The notes beneath the pieces are model-generated. The model made no database searches, had not been told where the DNA came from, and saw nothing but the letters and a program-made list of their open reading frames with translations. Of a stretch of DNA of 64,000 nt, positions 16,983 through 27,483 are shown one piece after another. Every line of letters starts with the position of its first letter. Positions within the stretch are counted from its first letter, which is position 1. The stretch is from assembly GCA_028687275.1 (NCBI GenBank), contig JAQUAK010000003.1, positions 5,547 through 69,546 of the forward strand, read 5' to 3'. This DNA is from Patescibacteria group bacterium (GTDB lineage: Bacteria; Patescibacteriota; Patescibacteriia; Patescibacteriales; UBA12465). Position numbers and translations under genes: made by a program.

Positions 16983-18248
16983 ATGTCAAAATTCATTATT
17001 AACGGCGGCAAGACCCTAAATGGTAAAATTGCCGTTAGCGGTGCTAAAAACTCTGCTTTAAAAATTATTCCGGCGGCTTTGTTGTCGACAGAATTAATTA
17101 CTATCAAAAATTTACCAGAGATTGAGGATGTAGAGCGCTCTTTTGAGGTCTTAAGAGATTTAGGTGCAAAAATTAATCACCAAGGAAACGAGGCCACAAT
17201 TGATACAGCTGGATTAAATAATACCGAATTAAACGCGAAAATGGCTGATAAATTTAGAGGCTCAATAATGTTTGTTGGACCCATGCTGGCTCGCTTTAAA
17301 GAGGTTAAGTTCCCTCATCCTGGGGGCTGTGTTATTGGTGCTGGTGGACGCCCAATTGATTTATTTCTTGAAGGCTACCGTGCTTTTGGGGCTGAGGTTG
17401 AAGAAGTCTCAGGTAAATACTACAACATCAAGGCTAAAAATCTACATGGGGCTAATTATTTCTTTCCGCTTGTTAGTGTTACTGCTACCGAGAGTTTAAT
17501 GATGACGGCCAGTATTATCCCCGACAAGACCGTTTTAAAAAATTGTGCCATGGAACCAGAAATAACTGCTCTAGCTGAATACTTGAATACCCAGGGCGCC
17601 AACATACAAGGAGCGGGCACACCAACCATGACAATTGAAGGGCAAGAAAAAATTTCTGCTGGCACTTTTACTGTTATTCCTGATCGTATTGAGACTGGGT
17701 CATTTGTAATTATGGCTGCAGCCGCTAATGCTAATCTGGAAATTACTGATTGCAATCCCGAACATATTATGACCCTGTTACAGATACTAAAGAAAATTGG
17801 CGTTGATTTTACTTTTGGTGAAGACTGGATTAAAGTTACTTCTGGCAATCGCCCACTGCAGGCACATGGCATTAGAACCCATGAATATCCTGGCTTTGCC
17901 ACCGATTTACAATCGCCCTATGTTGTCTTAATGACCCAAGCGCAAGGAACGGCTCTAATTCATGAAACTATTTATGATCGCCGCTTAATCTGGACAGACA
18001 TGCTCTCACAGATGGGGGCTAATATTACCATGTGCGACCCTCATCGTATTGTTACCCAAGGTCCAACTAAGCTTTACGGCAAACGATTAATGAGCCCTGA
18101 TTTAAGGGCTGGTATCGCCCTAGTTATTGCCGCGCTCATCGCCGAAGGGCGCACAGAAATAGATAATATTTATCAAATTGATCGAGGGTATGCGAAATTA
18201 GAAGAAAGATTAGGTGCGATTGGAGCTGATATTGAAAGAGTAGAATAA
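16983..18248 (+). CDS. murA: UDP-N-acetylglucosamine 1-carboxyvinyltransferase
   Basis: 421 aa with VSGAKNSALKIIPAALL, the catalytic-loop GGC (PHPGGCVIG) and the C-terminal IDRGYAKLEERL. Confidence 0.96.
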   Translation: MSKFIINGGKTLNGKIAVSGAKNSALKIIPAALLSTELITIKNLPEIEDVERSFEVLRDLGAKINHQGNEATIDTAGLNNTELNAKMADKFRGSIMFVGPMLARFKEVKFPHPGGCVIGAGGRPIDLFLEGYRAFGAEVEEVSGKYYNIKAKNLHGANYFFPLVSVTATESLMMTASIIPDKTVLKNCAMEPEITALAEYLNTQGANIQGAGTPTMTIEGQEKISAGTFTVIPDRIETGSFVIMAAAANANLEITDCNPEHIMTLLQILKKIGVDFTFGEDWIKVTSGNRPLQAHGIRTHEYPGFATDLQSPYVVLMTQAQGTALIHETIYDRRLIWTDMLSQMGANITMCDPHRIVTQGPTKLYGKRLMSPDLRAGIALVIAALIAEGRTEIDNIYQIDRGYAKLEERLGAIGADIERVE

Positions 18249-18254
18249 AAAATT

Positions 18255-19586
18255 ATGTCCAAAAAAATCAGAGATTTTCTATTTATTGCTTTTGTGATTC
18301 TGTTTATTATACTAACAATCATTATTTCTTTGTATGCGGCTGGTTATAAACTAAACACAAAATGGCCACCACGCTTCGGACAACTCGTGCAAAAAACAGG
18401 AATGCTTCTTCTAGATAGCTCCCCTAAAGGTGCTGATATTATTATTAACGGTGAAGAAAAGAAACAATCTTGGTTAATTGATATTGGTCGTAGAAATGTA
18501 ACTACTCCCACAAAAATTAAAAACCTAATTGCTGGCGAATACACTATTCGTTTAGAAAAAGAAGGTTACTGGCCTTTAGAAAAAAAGGTTAAAATAGAAT
18601 CTAGTCAAACTAGTTTTATGGAAGATGCAATTCTATTTAAACGTTCCACGCCTTTAAATTTAGCTCTTTGCGCTCCTCAAGACCTGTCTTTAAGCCCAGA
18701 TAAAAAAAATATCATTCTTAGTAAAGATGGCCAGGTAATCAACTTGAAGAATTCAAGCACCAGCACGCTAGCCGTCACTGCTGGCAATAATATCCAGTGG
18801 TCAAAAAATAGCGACCAAGTTTTATTTGGAGACAAGCTAATTAACATCGACAATAACAGCAGTGGTTATGACTTATCTGTTATTGGTAAAACTGCCACAA
18901 ATTTTTACTGGGACGAAGCTAATAAAAAAATATACTACCAGGCTAACGGTGAAATTAATTGCATTGTCACCGATAAAAATAGCATTAGCACAATTTTAAG
19001 CGGCAGCGATTACGCCGCCTATGCCATTAGAAATAATTTAATTTACACAGTGGAAAGTATTTCTGGACAGAACTATTTGCGTATTTATGGTATAGATAAC
19101 AATATCTTGAAATCAAGTAGCTTCCTGGGTGGCGGTGAATTTTATTTTAAACAAGATGACTATTATTTAAGTCTATACGATAAAAAGCAACAGGCCCTTT
19201 ATTTACTCAGTGATTATGCCGAACAAGCAATTATTAATAAGATAAGGCCAGTTATTAATTGGCGCTGGATTAACAGCGATTTTTTAATCTGGCACAATGA
19301 CTTCGAAATATACTCTTTGAATACTAAAAATAATAAACAAGAATTAATATTAAGAGTAAGTAATCCCATCGTAGACATCGCCTGGAATAAAATAAAAAAT
19401 TATTTAGTATACGCTAGTAATGAGCAAATCAGTCTAATCAATCTTAATCTGGAAAAAAAAGAACCGATTGTACTACTCAGCGCTCAGGGGATAAAGAATT
19501 TAGCACTAGATGAAAAAAATCAATTGTTATATTTCTATGCAGAAATAGATCAAAAATCAGGAATATACAAGCTACAACTACAATAA
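18255..19586 (+). CDS. Membrane-anchored protein with PEGA domain and beta-propeller-like C-terminal region
   Basis: 443 aa with an N-terminal TM segment. SPKGADIIINGEEK...GEYTIRLEKEGYWPLEKKVKI matches the PEGA pattern. The remainder has repetitive beta-strand-like composition. Confidence 0.6.
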   Translation: MSKKIRDFLFIAFVILFIILTIIISLYAAGYKLNTKWPPRFGQLVQKTGMLLLDSSPKGADIIINGEEKKQSWLIDIGRRNVTTPTKIKNLIAGEYTIRLEKEGYWPLEKKVKIESSQTSFMEDAILFKRSTPLNLALCAPQDLSLSPDKKNIILSKDGQVINLKNSSTSTLAVTAGNNIQWSKNSDQVLFGDKLINIDNNSSGYDLSVIGKTATNFYWDEANKKIYYQANGEINCIVTDKNSISTILSGSDYAAYAIRNNLIYTVESISGQNYLRIYGIDNNILKSSSFLGGGEFYFKQDDYYLSLYDKKQQALYLLSDYAEQAIINKIRPVINWRWINSDFLIWHNDFEIYSLNTKNNKQELILRVSNPIVDIAWNKIKNYLVYASNEQISLINLNLEKKEPIVLLSAQGIKNLALDEKNQLLYFYAEIDQKSGIYKLQLQ

Positions 19587-19604
19587 TATACAACTACTTA
19601 TAGA

Positions 19605-19637
19605 CAAAAAGACTACCTCCATCAGGTAGTCTTTTTT
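19605..19637. terminator. Bidirectional terminator
   Basis: AAGACTACCT / AGGTAGTCTT stem with flanking A-run and T-run. Confidence 0.75.
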
Positions 19638-19669
19638 ATTATATATTAACAAACAATTCGCAAACATTT

Positions 19670-20548
19670 CTACTTATCTTTTTGCAAATCTTTTAGAAAC
19701 TTAGCTAAATCATCGCCAATTTCTGCATCTTTAAGACCAAATTTAATAGTGGCTTTAATGAAATTTAACTTATTACCAGTATCAAGCCACTCGCCCTCAA
19801 TCTTTTTACCATAGATAGGCTTGTTCTGCTGTAACATCTCATCATAAGCATCAGCCAACCTAATCTCGCCGGACTTCCCTTTTTCCATATGAGATAAAAC
19901 ATCAATGATATCAGGGGTGATAATATTAATACCAACTTGAACTAAGTTTGATGGAGCATCAGCGATAGCTGGCTTTTCCACGAACTGTTTAACCTCATAA
20001 ACACCATTACCTAAATCTATGCCGCCCATCACACCAAACTGACTAACATCTTTTTTATCAACTTCTGATAAACCAATAACTGTATCACCATATTTTTCAT
20101 AAGTTTCCATGACTTGAGTAACAGGAGAAATAGCCGCATCATAAAGAGTGTCGCCAAACATAACTAAAACAGCTTCATCTTTTTCGATTAAGTGGGCAGC
20201 ACACAAAACAGCATGACCATCTCCTAATGGAATTGGCTGACGGACATAGGAAAATTTAGCTAAATTTTCAATAGCTTGCACTTTTTTAATTAAATCAAGT
20301 TTATTTTTTTCAACTAAGGTTTTTGATAATTCATAAGAATAATCAAAATGATCTTCAATCGCTCTTTTGCCACGACCCGTGACAAAGATTATTTCTTCAA
20401 TACCAGCAGCCACGGCACTTTCCACTAGATACTGAATGACTGGCTTATCTACCACCGGCAACATTTCTTTAGGCTGAGCCTTGGTAGCTGGCAAGAAACG
20501 AGTACCAAAACCAGCGACTGGAAAAATTGCTTTTTTAATTTTTTGCAT
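19670..20548 (-). CDS. galU: UTP--glucose-1-phosphate uridylyltransferase
   Basis: KKAIFPVAGFGTRFLPATKAQPKEMLPVVDKPVIQY is the GalU signature. The ATG at 20548 gives the canonical N-terminus, whereas the ORF track begins at an upstream TTG (20569). Confidence 0.93.
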   Translation of the reverse strand: MQKIKKAIFPVAGFGTRFLPATKAQPKEMLPVVDKPVIQYLVESAVAAGIEEIIFVTGRGKRAIEDHFDYSYELSKTLVEKNKLDLIKKVQAIENLAKFSYVRQPIPLGDGHAVLCAAHLIEKDEAVLVMFGDTLYDAAISPVTQVMETYEKYGDTVIGLSEVDKKDVSQFGVMGGIDLGNGVYEVKQFVEKPAIADAPSNLVQVGINIITPDIIDVLSHMEKGKSGEIRLADAYDEMLQQNKPIYGKKIEGEWLDTGNKLNFIKATIKFGLKDAEIGDDLAKFLKDLQKDK

Positions 20549-20575
20549 ATACTTATTATTAAGGGCCAACTATTA

Positions 20576-21364
20576 TTAACGCCAACCCCATTTTTTAAAA
20601 TATTTCCACCATGATTTAAGATGTTCTCGAGCTATTTTATCAGAAAATATCGCTCTGTACCAGGGCAAACGAGCACTGTCACGCATATGGTCATGAATAA
20701 CCACTGCCTGGGGGTTGTAAACAACTTTTTTCCCAAGTTTGTTCGCTCGACGGCACAAATCAACATCTTCAAAATACATAAAAAATTGATCATCAAATAA
20801 CTTGCCCCCTTCCAAAAGATCATCTTTCCTTACCAGCAAACAAGCTCCCAACAACCAATCAACCACTTTAATCTCGGTGTGGGAGTCCCTCTTCATAAAA
20901 TAATTTTCTAAGAAAACGGGAAAAAGATTTCCAATCGTCGTGCGTCGCAATAGCGGTAAGAATATACTGGGATAGCGAGCACAAGAATACTGCAAACTTT
21001 TATCAGGATTTAACAATTTCGGACCAACTATTGCCACGTCTAAATTATTTTCTAAATATTGATATAATATTTTAATAGCCTCAACTGAAAAAACCAAATC
21101 GGGATTGGCAATTAAAATATACCTACCTGAACTCTCTTTAATACCCAAGTTATTACCGCCCCCCATACCTAAATTAACTGGACTCTTAATATATCTGACC
21201 TGATTATATACAGAAGATAAATCGCTTAGGTTGTCGCCAGAATTATTTTCCACAACAATTATTTCATACGCGATTCCAGAAAGATCAGCCATCACTAAAG
21301 ACTGCAGGCAATTAACCAGCTTAAGCTTACTCTTATAATTAACAATGATAAGCGACAAATCCAT
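20576..21364 (-). CDS. Glycosyltransferase family 2
   Basis: 262 aa with LSLIIVNYKS, IIVVENNSGD, NLGMGGGNNLG, ILIANPDL and a downstream ED motif (FMYFEDVDLC). Confidence 0.85.
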   Translation of the reverse strand: MDLSLIIVNYKSKLKLVNCLQSLVMADLSGIAYEIIVVENNSGDNLSDLSSVYNQVRYIKSPVNLGMGGGNNLGIKESSGRYILIANPDLVFSVEAIKILYQYLENNLDVAIVGPKLLNPDKSLQYSCARYPSIFLPLLRRTTIGNLFPVFLENYFMKRDSHTEIKVVDWLLGACLLVRKDDLLEGGKLFDDQFFMYFEDVDLCRRANKLGKKVVYNPQAVVIHDHMRDSARLPWYRAIFSDKIAREHLKSWWKYFKKWGWR

Positions 21365-21365
21365 A

Positions 21366-22424
21366 TTATTGCTTAAGTAACTTAATTAATAGACGAGTAA
21401 TCGAAAAATAAACAGAAAAAATAGGGTTCACGACATATTTTAAAAGAGGGCTATTTATTTCCTGATAAGCAATCGCCCCAGAGAACAAGGGTAATATCTT
21501 ATAGTCAGGCACCTTACGCAAAGCTTGGGTTTGTCGTCGGGCTTTTAATAAATATGACCAATTCTTAATATTAAAAAAATAAGCCCAAACTTTCTTTTTT
21601 TCTTCTAGCCAGCCAGAGCGCCAAGAAAAATAAGTAGTACCTAATTCCATTATTAATAAAGGCGGGAAAAATAATATTAGAGCTAATAAAGAATAATTTT
21701 TCCAGGCAACAATTAAGCGATTACGCTCCAGCCAATAAAACTTGCTAATAGAGCGACTGAATTCATAATGATGGTAAGCAATTGCTTTTGGCGCTAGTAA
21801 ACATTGCCAACTGGATAACCATAAACGCCAGCCTAAATCTTGATCCTCATTATACATCCAAAATTCTTCATCAAACAAGCCAACATCTCTTAAAGCCTTA
21901 GCTTTTAACAAAACACAAGCTCCTGAAGGATAAGCGATTGCGCTTGATTTCACTTGAACATTATTATATTTTTCGCGATAAGACCGACAGTAACCAAAGC
22001 CTAAAAAATGAGTAACATTACCCAGGCTATTTACCAATTCTCTATCTGGATCAAGCATCAAACGGGCTTGAATGGCACCAGCTAAATGATTGGACTCAGC
22101 CACGTATACAAGCTCTTTTAAGGCACTAGCATCCAAAGAGGCGTCCATATTTAGCAATAATATATAGTCATAGCCTTCGTCCAACATTATTCTCATGGCA
22201 TCATTATTACCCTTGGCAAAACCATCGTTGTGCTTATTACAAATAATACGTGCTTCTGGTGCTTGTGTGCGTAAATAAATCTCTGATTGAACACTACTAG
22301 CATTATCAACAATAAAAATATCAGGCTTAATGTATGGGTCTAATTGACGAAGAGACTCTAAACAAGGCGCTAAAAAGCGCTCAGCATAATCTTTATAATT
22401 AACTAGAATAACCCCTACTTTCAT
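21366..22424 (-). CDS. Glycosyltransferase family 2 with C-terminal membrane segments
   Basis: 352 aa with VGVILVNYKD, FIVDNASS, NDGFAKGNNDA, LLLNMDA and WMYNEDQDLG, plus hydrophobic C-terminal helices. Confidence 0.85.
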   Translation of the reverse strand: MKVGVILVNYKDYAERFLAPCLESLRQLDPYIKPDIFIVDNASSVQSEIYLRTQAPEARIICNKHNDGFAKGNNDAMRIMLDEGYDYILLLNMDASLDASALKELVYVAESNHLAGAIQARLMLDPDRELVNSLGNVTHFLGFGYCRSYREKYNNVQVKSSAIAYPSGACVLLKAKALRDVGLFDEEFWMYNEDQDLGWRLWLSSWQCLLAPKAIAYHHYEFSRSISKFYWLERNRLIVAWKNYSLLALILFFPPLLIMELGTTYFSWRSGWLEEKKKVWAYFFNIKNWSYLLKARRQTQALRKVPDYKILPLFSGAIAYQEINSPLLKYVVNPIFSVYFSITRLLIKLLKQ

Positions 22425-22427
22425 AAA

Positions 22428-23273
22428 TTAAGAAAAAATTTTAGCTAGCAAGCGCCCAAAAGGCCAAACGTTTTTTAGGATGTAATATTGCCAACGCGGT
22501 TGCCATTTCTCAAAATACTTCAACATTGATTCCTGAAAATACTGCTGTTTATTATTAACATCAACTTGATTAAAACTTTGACCGACATAATCAACACAGC
22601 TAGTAATCGGCGTATACCATACTTCACCGCCATTTTTATACACCTGTCTACAAAAGTCAACTTCTTCAAACCAAATAAAATAACGCTCATCCAAATGGAT
22701 GTCAGTGATTGGCATTATTTTTGCACAAGCCTGACGGTTAATCAAGAAGCAAGCGCCACGAATAGAGTCGACTTTCTGGGCACAGCTATAGTCAAACTGT
22801 TTACATAAATAAGCATCAGTAATACCAGAAAAGATATGTGGTAGCTTTAAAACGATAGCCAATTGATCGGCCAACCTAGGGAAACGACGAATATGAGGTA
22901 GTAAAGAGCCATTAGCGCCCTCCAAACGACAACCAACTACGCTTGCTTGAGCATTATCATCCGCCCAAGCTAATAATCGCTCAATGGTGTGAGGGAAAAC
23001 TAGCATGTCTGGGTTAAGTAATAAGACATAATTGCCTTGTGCAATAGCAAGAGCCTGATTATTAGCCTTAGCAAAACCACGATTATCCTTGTTGACAATA
23101 ATTTTTACCTCCGGGAACTCAGTAGTAACCATCTCCACGCTTCCATCTAAAGAATTATTATCAACTATAATAACCTCTGCTCGCAAATTAGCAATAGATG
23201 GTAATAAGGCGGCTAAATTAGCTCTCAATTTTTCTTTCACCTTCCAGCTAACAATAACTATTGAAATATCCAT
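22428..23273 (-). CDS. Glycosyltransferase family 2
   Basis: 281 aa with ISIVIVSWK, IIVDNNSLDGS, NRGFAKANNQA, LLLNPDM and IWFEEVDFC. Confidence 0.85.
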   Translation of the reverse strand: MDISIVIVSWKVKEKLRANLAALLPSIANLRAEVIIVDNNSLDGSVEMVTTEFPEVKIIVNKDNRGFAKANNQALAIAQGNYVLLLNPDMLVFPHTIERLLAWADDNAQASVVGCRLEGANGSLLPHIRRFPRLADQLAIVLKLPHIFSGITDAYLCKQFDYSCAQKVDSIRGACFLINRQACAKIMPITDIHLDERYFIWFEEVDFCRQVYKNGGEVWYTPITSCVDYVGQSFNQVDVNNKQQYFQESMLKYFEKWQPRWQYYILKNVWPFGRLLAKIFS

Positions 23274-23274
23274 A

Positions 23275-23547
23275 TTATTTAAGCTTGGCTTTAATTCTTT
23301 TCAATCGAGAGCCACCGCCAGCAGTAATCGCAACTAATTTTTTCTTAATACCTAAAGTAGTGGCGACAAAAGACACCACCTCATCATTAGCTTGGCCTCG
23401 CTCTGGGGCTGATTTTACCTTCAACTTTAAGGTGCCGTCAGCTAAAGACTCTTGCCATTCAGTTATATCAGAACCAGGAGAAACTTTAACATGAAATGAG
23501 CACTTACCCTTATCTTGTAGGCTATTTTTTATATCTTCAATACTCAT
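23275..23547 (-). CDS. DUF167 (YggU) family protein
   Basis: 90 aa. FHVKVSPGS...GTLKLKVKSAPERGQANDEVVSFVA...ITAGGGSRLKRIKA fits the YggU/UPF0235 pattern. Confidence 0.75.
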   Translation of the reverse strand: MSIEDIKNSLQDKGKCSFHVKVSPGSDITEWQESLADGTLKLKVKSAPERGQANDEVVSFVATTLGIKKKLVAITAGGGSRLKRIKAKLK

Positions 23548-23585
23548 GAAAAAAAATTAATAAATAATTAATAAAAACAATAAAT

Positions 23586-24821
23586 CTATTGCCTAAAAAC
23601 TATAGCATTAGGAATATTGCGGCCTGGACCCACCATATATTCGCCATTATAGATTAAAGCTGAAGAAGATCCGCCATCCAAATTTATAGCATAATCCATT
23701 CCCATCGCCTTCATAATAACCGCTAAATCATCCACCGTAGCTTGTCGAGCTATTACTAAATACAATTCGCCATGACCGGGACTTGTGACGTCATCCTTAT
23801 AACCAATAGCGTTACGCCAGTATTTACCAGTTTTCTGACCATTATCTAAATCCCAATCTATTAAAACATTCATCTTATTTTCCACTAAGCGTGGCTTATT
23901 GCCTAAAGCGGCCTGTAATTTTACACCCTGGCTCTGCTCAAAATCAACCACGCTTTTAAAGTCCCGTGAATCTTTAAAATAATAAAATTTATTGTTTGTA
24001 TCAAAGGCAATAATCGGTCCAGTCGTCCAGTATTTCAATTGATCTTCATTAACCATAATGCCGGTCAAGCTATCATAGACCGGAAAGAAGTAATAATTAG
24101 CCTTACCACAACCGGCAGAAGCACAAAAATAACTACCGTTAACCCCGGCAAAAGCGTTATTTTTAAACACATAACTAGCCAAGGTATCAGCAGCACAACT
24201 CACACCACTGCAAGTATCGGCGGCAGCTAAACTAAGAATCTCTAAATTAGGGTTTTTTAAATCTATTCTGACAACATCAACTTTAAAATTGCCACGCTCT
24301 GTTGTAATAATTTTATAGTCATAGGAACTATATATATTTAAACTTTCATTTAAGCCCGGCTTATGAATCAGGGCTAAATTAGTTTGAGTAATACCTAGTC
24401 CGAGTTCACGCATAACCCGAAAAGCATCCTCTGGTCGCCCTAAATAATATTTTTTTAAATCAAGCGGGTTAATATACCAAGCTTCACCGTTTTTTTCTAC
24501 TTGTAAAATAATTCTACCAGCTAAGCGCTTAGCTAAATCAGTATTACCACTAACAGGCATGCCCACCTGAGCAATTTCTTGAAACTGAATTTCATTGATA
24601 CCTAAGCCTAATTCTCGCATCACTTTGAAGGCATCAGCCGGACGACCTAAAAAATAACGCCGTAAATCAAGCGGATTAATATACCAAGCTTCACCGTTTT
24701 CTTCAACGCTTAAAACAATCCGACCGGATAATTTATCAACCAAGCCGGCAGTCTTGCCTGCCTCTGGCCAAAAACAGAGGGTTAATAATAGTATAGAAGA
24801 TAAAAAACGCCAATATTTCAT
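23586..24821 (-). CDS. Secreted phosphodiester glycosidase-like protein (DUF2233/NAGPA-like) with two N-terminal repeats
   Basis: 411 aa with a signal peptide, two ~51-aa repeats (GRI[VI]L.VE.NGEAWYINPLDL..Y.LGRP.DAF.VMRELGLGI) and the C-terminal AINLDGGSSSALIYNG typical of phosphodiester glycosidases. Confidence 0.65.
   Translation of the reverse strand: MKYWRFLSSILLLTLCFWPEAGKTAGLVDKLSGRIVLSVEENGEAWYINPLDLRRYFLGRPADAFKVMRELGLGINEIQFQEIAQVGMPVSGNTDLAKRLAGRIILQVEKNGEAWYINPLDLKKYYLGRPEDAFRVMRELGLGITQTNLALIHKPGLNESLNIYSSYDYKIITTERGNFKVDVVRIDLKNPNLEILSLAAADTCSGVSCAADTLASYVFKNNAFAGVNGSYFCASAGCGKANYYFFPVYDSLTGIMVNEDQLKYWTTGPIIAFDTNNKFYYFKDSRDFKSVVDFEQSQGVKLQAALGNKPRLVENKMNVLIDWDLDNGQKTGKYWRNAIGYKDDVTSPGHGELYLVIARQATVDDLAVIMKAMGMDYAINLDGGSSSALIYNGEYMVGPGRNIPNAIVFRQ
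24368..24725 (-). repeat. In-frame tandem duplication (two ~150-nt modules, 207-nt period)
   Basis: Nearly identical ~40-nt cores AAATCAAGCGG(G/A)TTAATATACCAAGCTTCACCGTTT occur near 24458 and 24665. The protein repeats start at residues 33 and 102. Confidence 0.8.
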
Positions 24822-24995
24822 AAAATAATCAATAAAATTGAAGCTTAAAGTCAGCTTGAACTGACTTCAGTGTAGCCTTTTTACAGGAAAAAATCAATTT
24901 AAAAAAGATTAAAGACATCTTGTCAATATTTAATAAATCTCATATCTATACTACAATGAAGATAACATTTAGATAACTATTTATATATTAAATTT

Positions 24996-25493
24996 ATGAG
25001 TGAAGAAAATAATTATATTCGTCCTTCTTGGGATGAATACTTTATGAAAATTACAGAAATGGTTGGTTCTCGTGGTAGCTGTGATCGTGGACGTTCCGGC
25101 TGTATTATTACTCGTGATCGGCGTATCGTCGCTACTGGTTATGCCGGATCCCCAGTTGGACTGCCTCATTGTGATGAAGTTGGACACGAATTACACACCG
25201 TGACTAATATTGATGGTACTGTCAGCAAACACTGCATTCGTACTACTCATGCCGAGCAGAATGCAATTTGTGAAGCTGCTCGCATGGGCACATCACTTGA
25301 TAAAGGCACTTTATATTGCAAAATGACTCCTTGTTATACTTGTGCAAAAATGATAATTAATACTGGCATTAAAAGAGTTGTTTGTGCTCAAGATTACCAT
25401 GGTGGTGCTCGCAGTAAAGAAATTTTTAAGGAAGCAGGAATAGAGTTTAATTTATTGTCCGAAGAAATGACTACTTATAAAGACATGAAATAA
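24996..25493 (+). CDS. Deoxycytidylate (dCMP) deaminase
   Basis: 165 aa with zinc motifs HAEQNAI and PCYTCAKMI and a ComEB-type N-terminus (RPSWDEYFM). Confidence 0.92.
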   Translation: MSEENNYIRPSWDEYFMKITEMVGSRGSCDRGRSGCIITRDRRIVATGYAGSPVGLPHCDEVGHELHTVTNIDGTVSKHCIRTTHAEQNAICEAARMGTSLDKGTLYCKMTPCYTCAKMIINTGIKRVVCAQDYHGGARSKEIFKEAGIEFNLLSEEMTTYKDMK

Positions 25494-25500
25494 TAAATAT

Positions 25501-26316
25501 ATGAAAGCATATTTAGATTTATTAAAAGATGTTTCAGAAAATGGTCGTGGCAAAGACGATCGTACTGGTACTGGCACCACCAGCGTCTTTGGCAGACAAG
25601 TTCGCTTTGATTTAAATCAAGGTTTTCCTCTTTTAACCACTAAGAAACTACATTTAAAATCTATTATTTATGAATTGCTATGGTTTCTGCAAGGAGACAC
25701 TAATATCAAATACCTAAATGATCACGGTGTTTCAATTTGGGATGAGTGGGCTAATGAAAATGGAGATTTAGGTCCTATTTATGGTAAGCAATGGACGGGC
25801 TGGGAAGCAACAAACGGAGAAAAAATAAATCAAATTGCTGAAGCTATCGAAATGATTAAACATAATCCCAGCTCTAGAAGAATTATTGTTAGTGGTTGGA
25901 ATGTAGGGGACTTAAGAGCTTTAATTTCCGGCAAAAAAACAGCCCCACCACCCTGTCACACCTTATTCCAATTTTATGTAGACGCCGACGATCGTCTTTC
26001 TTGTCAGCTTTATCAACGTAGTGCCGATCTATTTCTAGGAGTTCCTTTTAATATTGCTTCCTATGCTCTTTTGGCCATGATGGTTGCCCAAGTAACTGGT
26101 AAAAAACTCGGTGATTTTGTTCATACTTTTGGTGATTTACATATCTATAACAATCATCGTGAACAAGTAGCTGAACAATTAAGTCGCGAACCACGAGTTC
26201 TGCCTAAAATGATTTTAAATCCAGAAGTAAAAGATATATTTTCATTTAAATATGAAGATTTTAAGCTTGAGGGCTATGATCCTTTACCGAGCATTAAAGC
26301 GCCAATAGCCATCTAA
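25501..26316 (+). CDS. thyA: Thymidylate synthase (ThyA type)
   Basis: 271 aa with DRTGTGT, ELLWFL.GDTN, the catalytic PPCH and [22 protein letters not shown]. Confidence 0.97.
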   Translation: MKAYLDLLKDVSENGRGKDDRTGTGTTSVFGRQVRFDLNQGFPLLTTKKLHLKSIIYELLWFLQGDTNIKYLNDHGVSIWDEWANENGDLGPIYGKQWTGWEATNGEKINQIAEAIEMIKHNPSSRRIIVSGWNVGDLRALISGKKTAPPPCHTLFQFYVDADDRLSCQLYQRSADLFLGVPFNIASYALLAMMVAQVTGKKLGDFVHTFGDLHIYNNHREQVAEQLSREPRVLPKMILNPEVKDIFSFKYEDFKLEGYDPLPSIKAPIAI

Positions 26317-26325
26317 TATTAATTT

Positions 26326-26832
26326 ATGATACCTGTAACTCTAATTATGGCCGTAACGGCCGATGGAAAAATTGCTAAAGATAAGAATCAATTAGCAGAT
26401 TGGACCAGTAAAGAAGATAAACAATTATTTATACAAACATCCAAAGATTTTGGCGTTATTATGATGGGTGATAACACCTTCAAGACCTTTCCCAAGCCTT
26501 TGCCTGGTAGGTTAAATTTAGTATTCTCCTATAATGGTGGCGAAGATATTGATGGCCTTTTAAGATGGGTGCAAGGAGAACCGGAAAAAGTGCTCTTAGA
26601 TTTAGAACAAATGGGCTTTAAGAAGGCTCTTTTGGGTGGCGGCGCTTTTTTAAACACCCTATTTTTAAAAAAACAGTTAATTTCAGAAATAATCCTAACA
26701 ATTGAACCAAAAATATTTGGTAATGGTATTTCTTTATTCACTGAAGACAGTGAACATGATTTAGAGCTACAAGAATGCAAACAATTAAATACAAACACAA
26801 TAATGCTTAGATATAAAGTAATTTATTCCTAA
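26326..26832 (+). CDS. Dihydrofolate reductase-like protein (RibD C-terminal domain type)
   Basis: 168 aa. The LIMAVTADGKIA N-terminus, VIMMGDNTF and the GGG segment fit the RibD_C/DHFR-like family. The position directly after thyA suggests a DHFR role. Confidence 0.7.
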   Translation: MIPVTLIMAVTADGKIAKDKNQLADWTSKEDKQLFIQTSKDFGVIMMGDNTFKTFPKPLPGRLNLVFSYNGGEDIDGLLRWVQGEPEKVLLDLEQMGFKKALLGGGAFLNTLFLKKQLISEIILTIEPKIFGNGISLFTEDSEHDLELQECKQLNTNTIMLRYKVIYS

Positions 26833-26838
26833 ATTCTT

Positions 26839-27393
26839 ATGCCCAAATTAATCCTTGGTTTTGCCGGTAAGCTAGCTAGCGGTAAGGCGGTCTGTCAAAA
26901 ATATATCAGCGAAAAACATGACGCCGGCAGTGCTCGTTTTTCCGCCTCACTACGTGACACCCTTAATCGTCTCTACCTACCCATATCTCGCGAGAATATG
27001 CAAAACCTTTCCTTAGACTTCCGTAACCGTTTCGGTAGCGACATTCTTGCTCGAGTCATTGCCGAAGATGTGAAAAACGATCAACATGAAATTGTGATAG
27101 TTGATGGGGTTAGACGCTTAGAAGATGTGAGTTCTCTAAGAGAATTACCCAATTTCTTCCTTATTAGTATTGACGCCAAACCAGAACTAAGATATGAAAG
27201 AATGAAAGCCCGTAATGAGAATGCTGGCGATGCCGAAAAAAGCTATGAGGACTTTATTGAGGACGGCCAACGTGAAGCTGAGTTACAAATTCCAGAAGTA
27301 ATGAAGTCTGCTCACTTCCATCTAGACAATAATGGTGATTTTGATAATTTATATAAACAGATTGACAAAATCTTAGAAGAGATACAAGATTAA
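26839..27393 (+). CDS. P-loop nucleotide kinase (dNMP kinase / dephospho-CoA kinase-like)
   Basis: 184 aa with Walker A-like GFAGKLASGKAV (Ala in place of the usual Ser/Thr) and a VDGVRR segment. Substrate unknown. Confidence 0.55.
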   Translation: MPKLILGFAGKLASGKAVCQKYISEKHDAGSARFSASLRDTLNRLYLPISRENMQNLSLDFRNRFGSDILARVIAEDVKNDQHEIVIVDGVRRLEDVSSLRELPNFFLISIDAKPELRYERMKARNENAGDAEKSYEDFIEDGQREAELQIPEVMKSAHFHLDNNGDFDNLYKQIDKILEEIQD

Positions 27394-27483
27394 AAAAGAC
27401 ACAGCATTAGGAGGAGTGCTGAGGCTTGACCCCAAGGCACTCTTTTATTATCCTAAATATACATATCTATACACTAAGAACCT

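Noticed and set aside
17456-17902. 148-aa ORF antisense to murA. Similar long antisense or overlapping ORFs appear in the track at 10366..10740, 30018..30344, 54823..55227, 4575..4790, 14479..14703, 26529..26798, 38172..38471, 44671..44931, 45206..45439 and 49054..49260.
   Set aside because: All lie entirely inside well-supported conserved genes on the opposite strand or in another frame. Their compositions look like shadow ORFs (Ser/Pro/Ala/Lys-rich, no motifs), and none has its own promoter or terminator.
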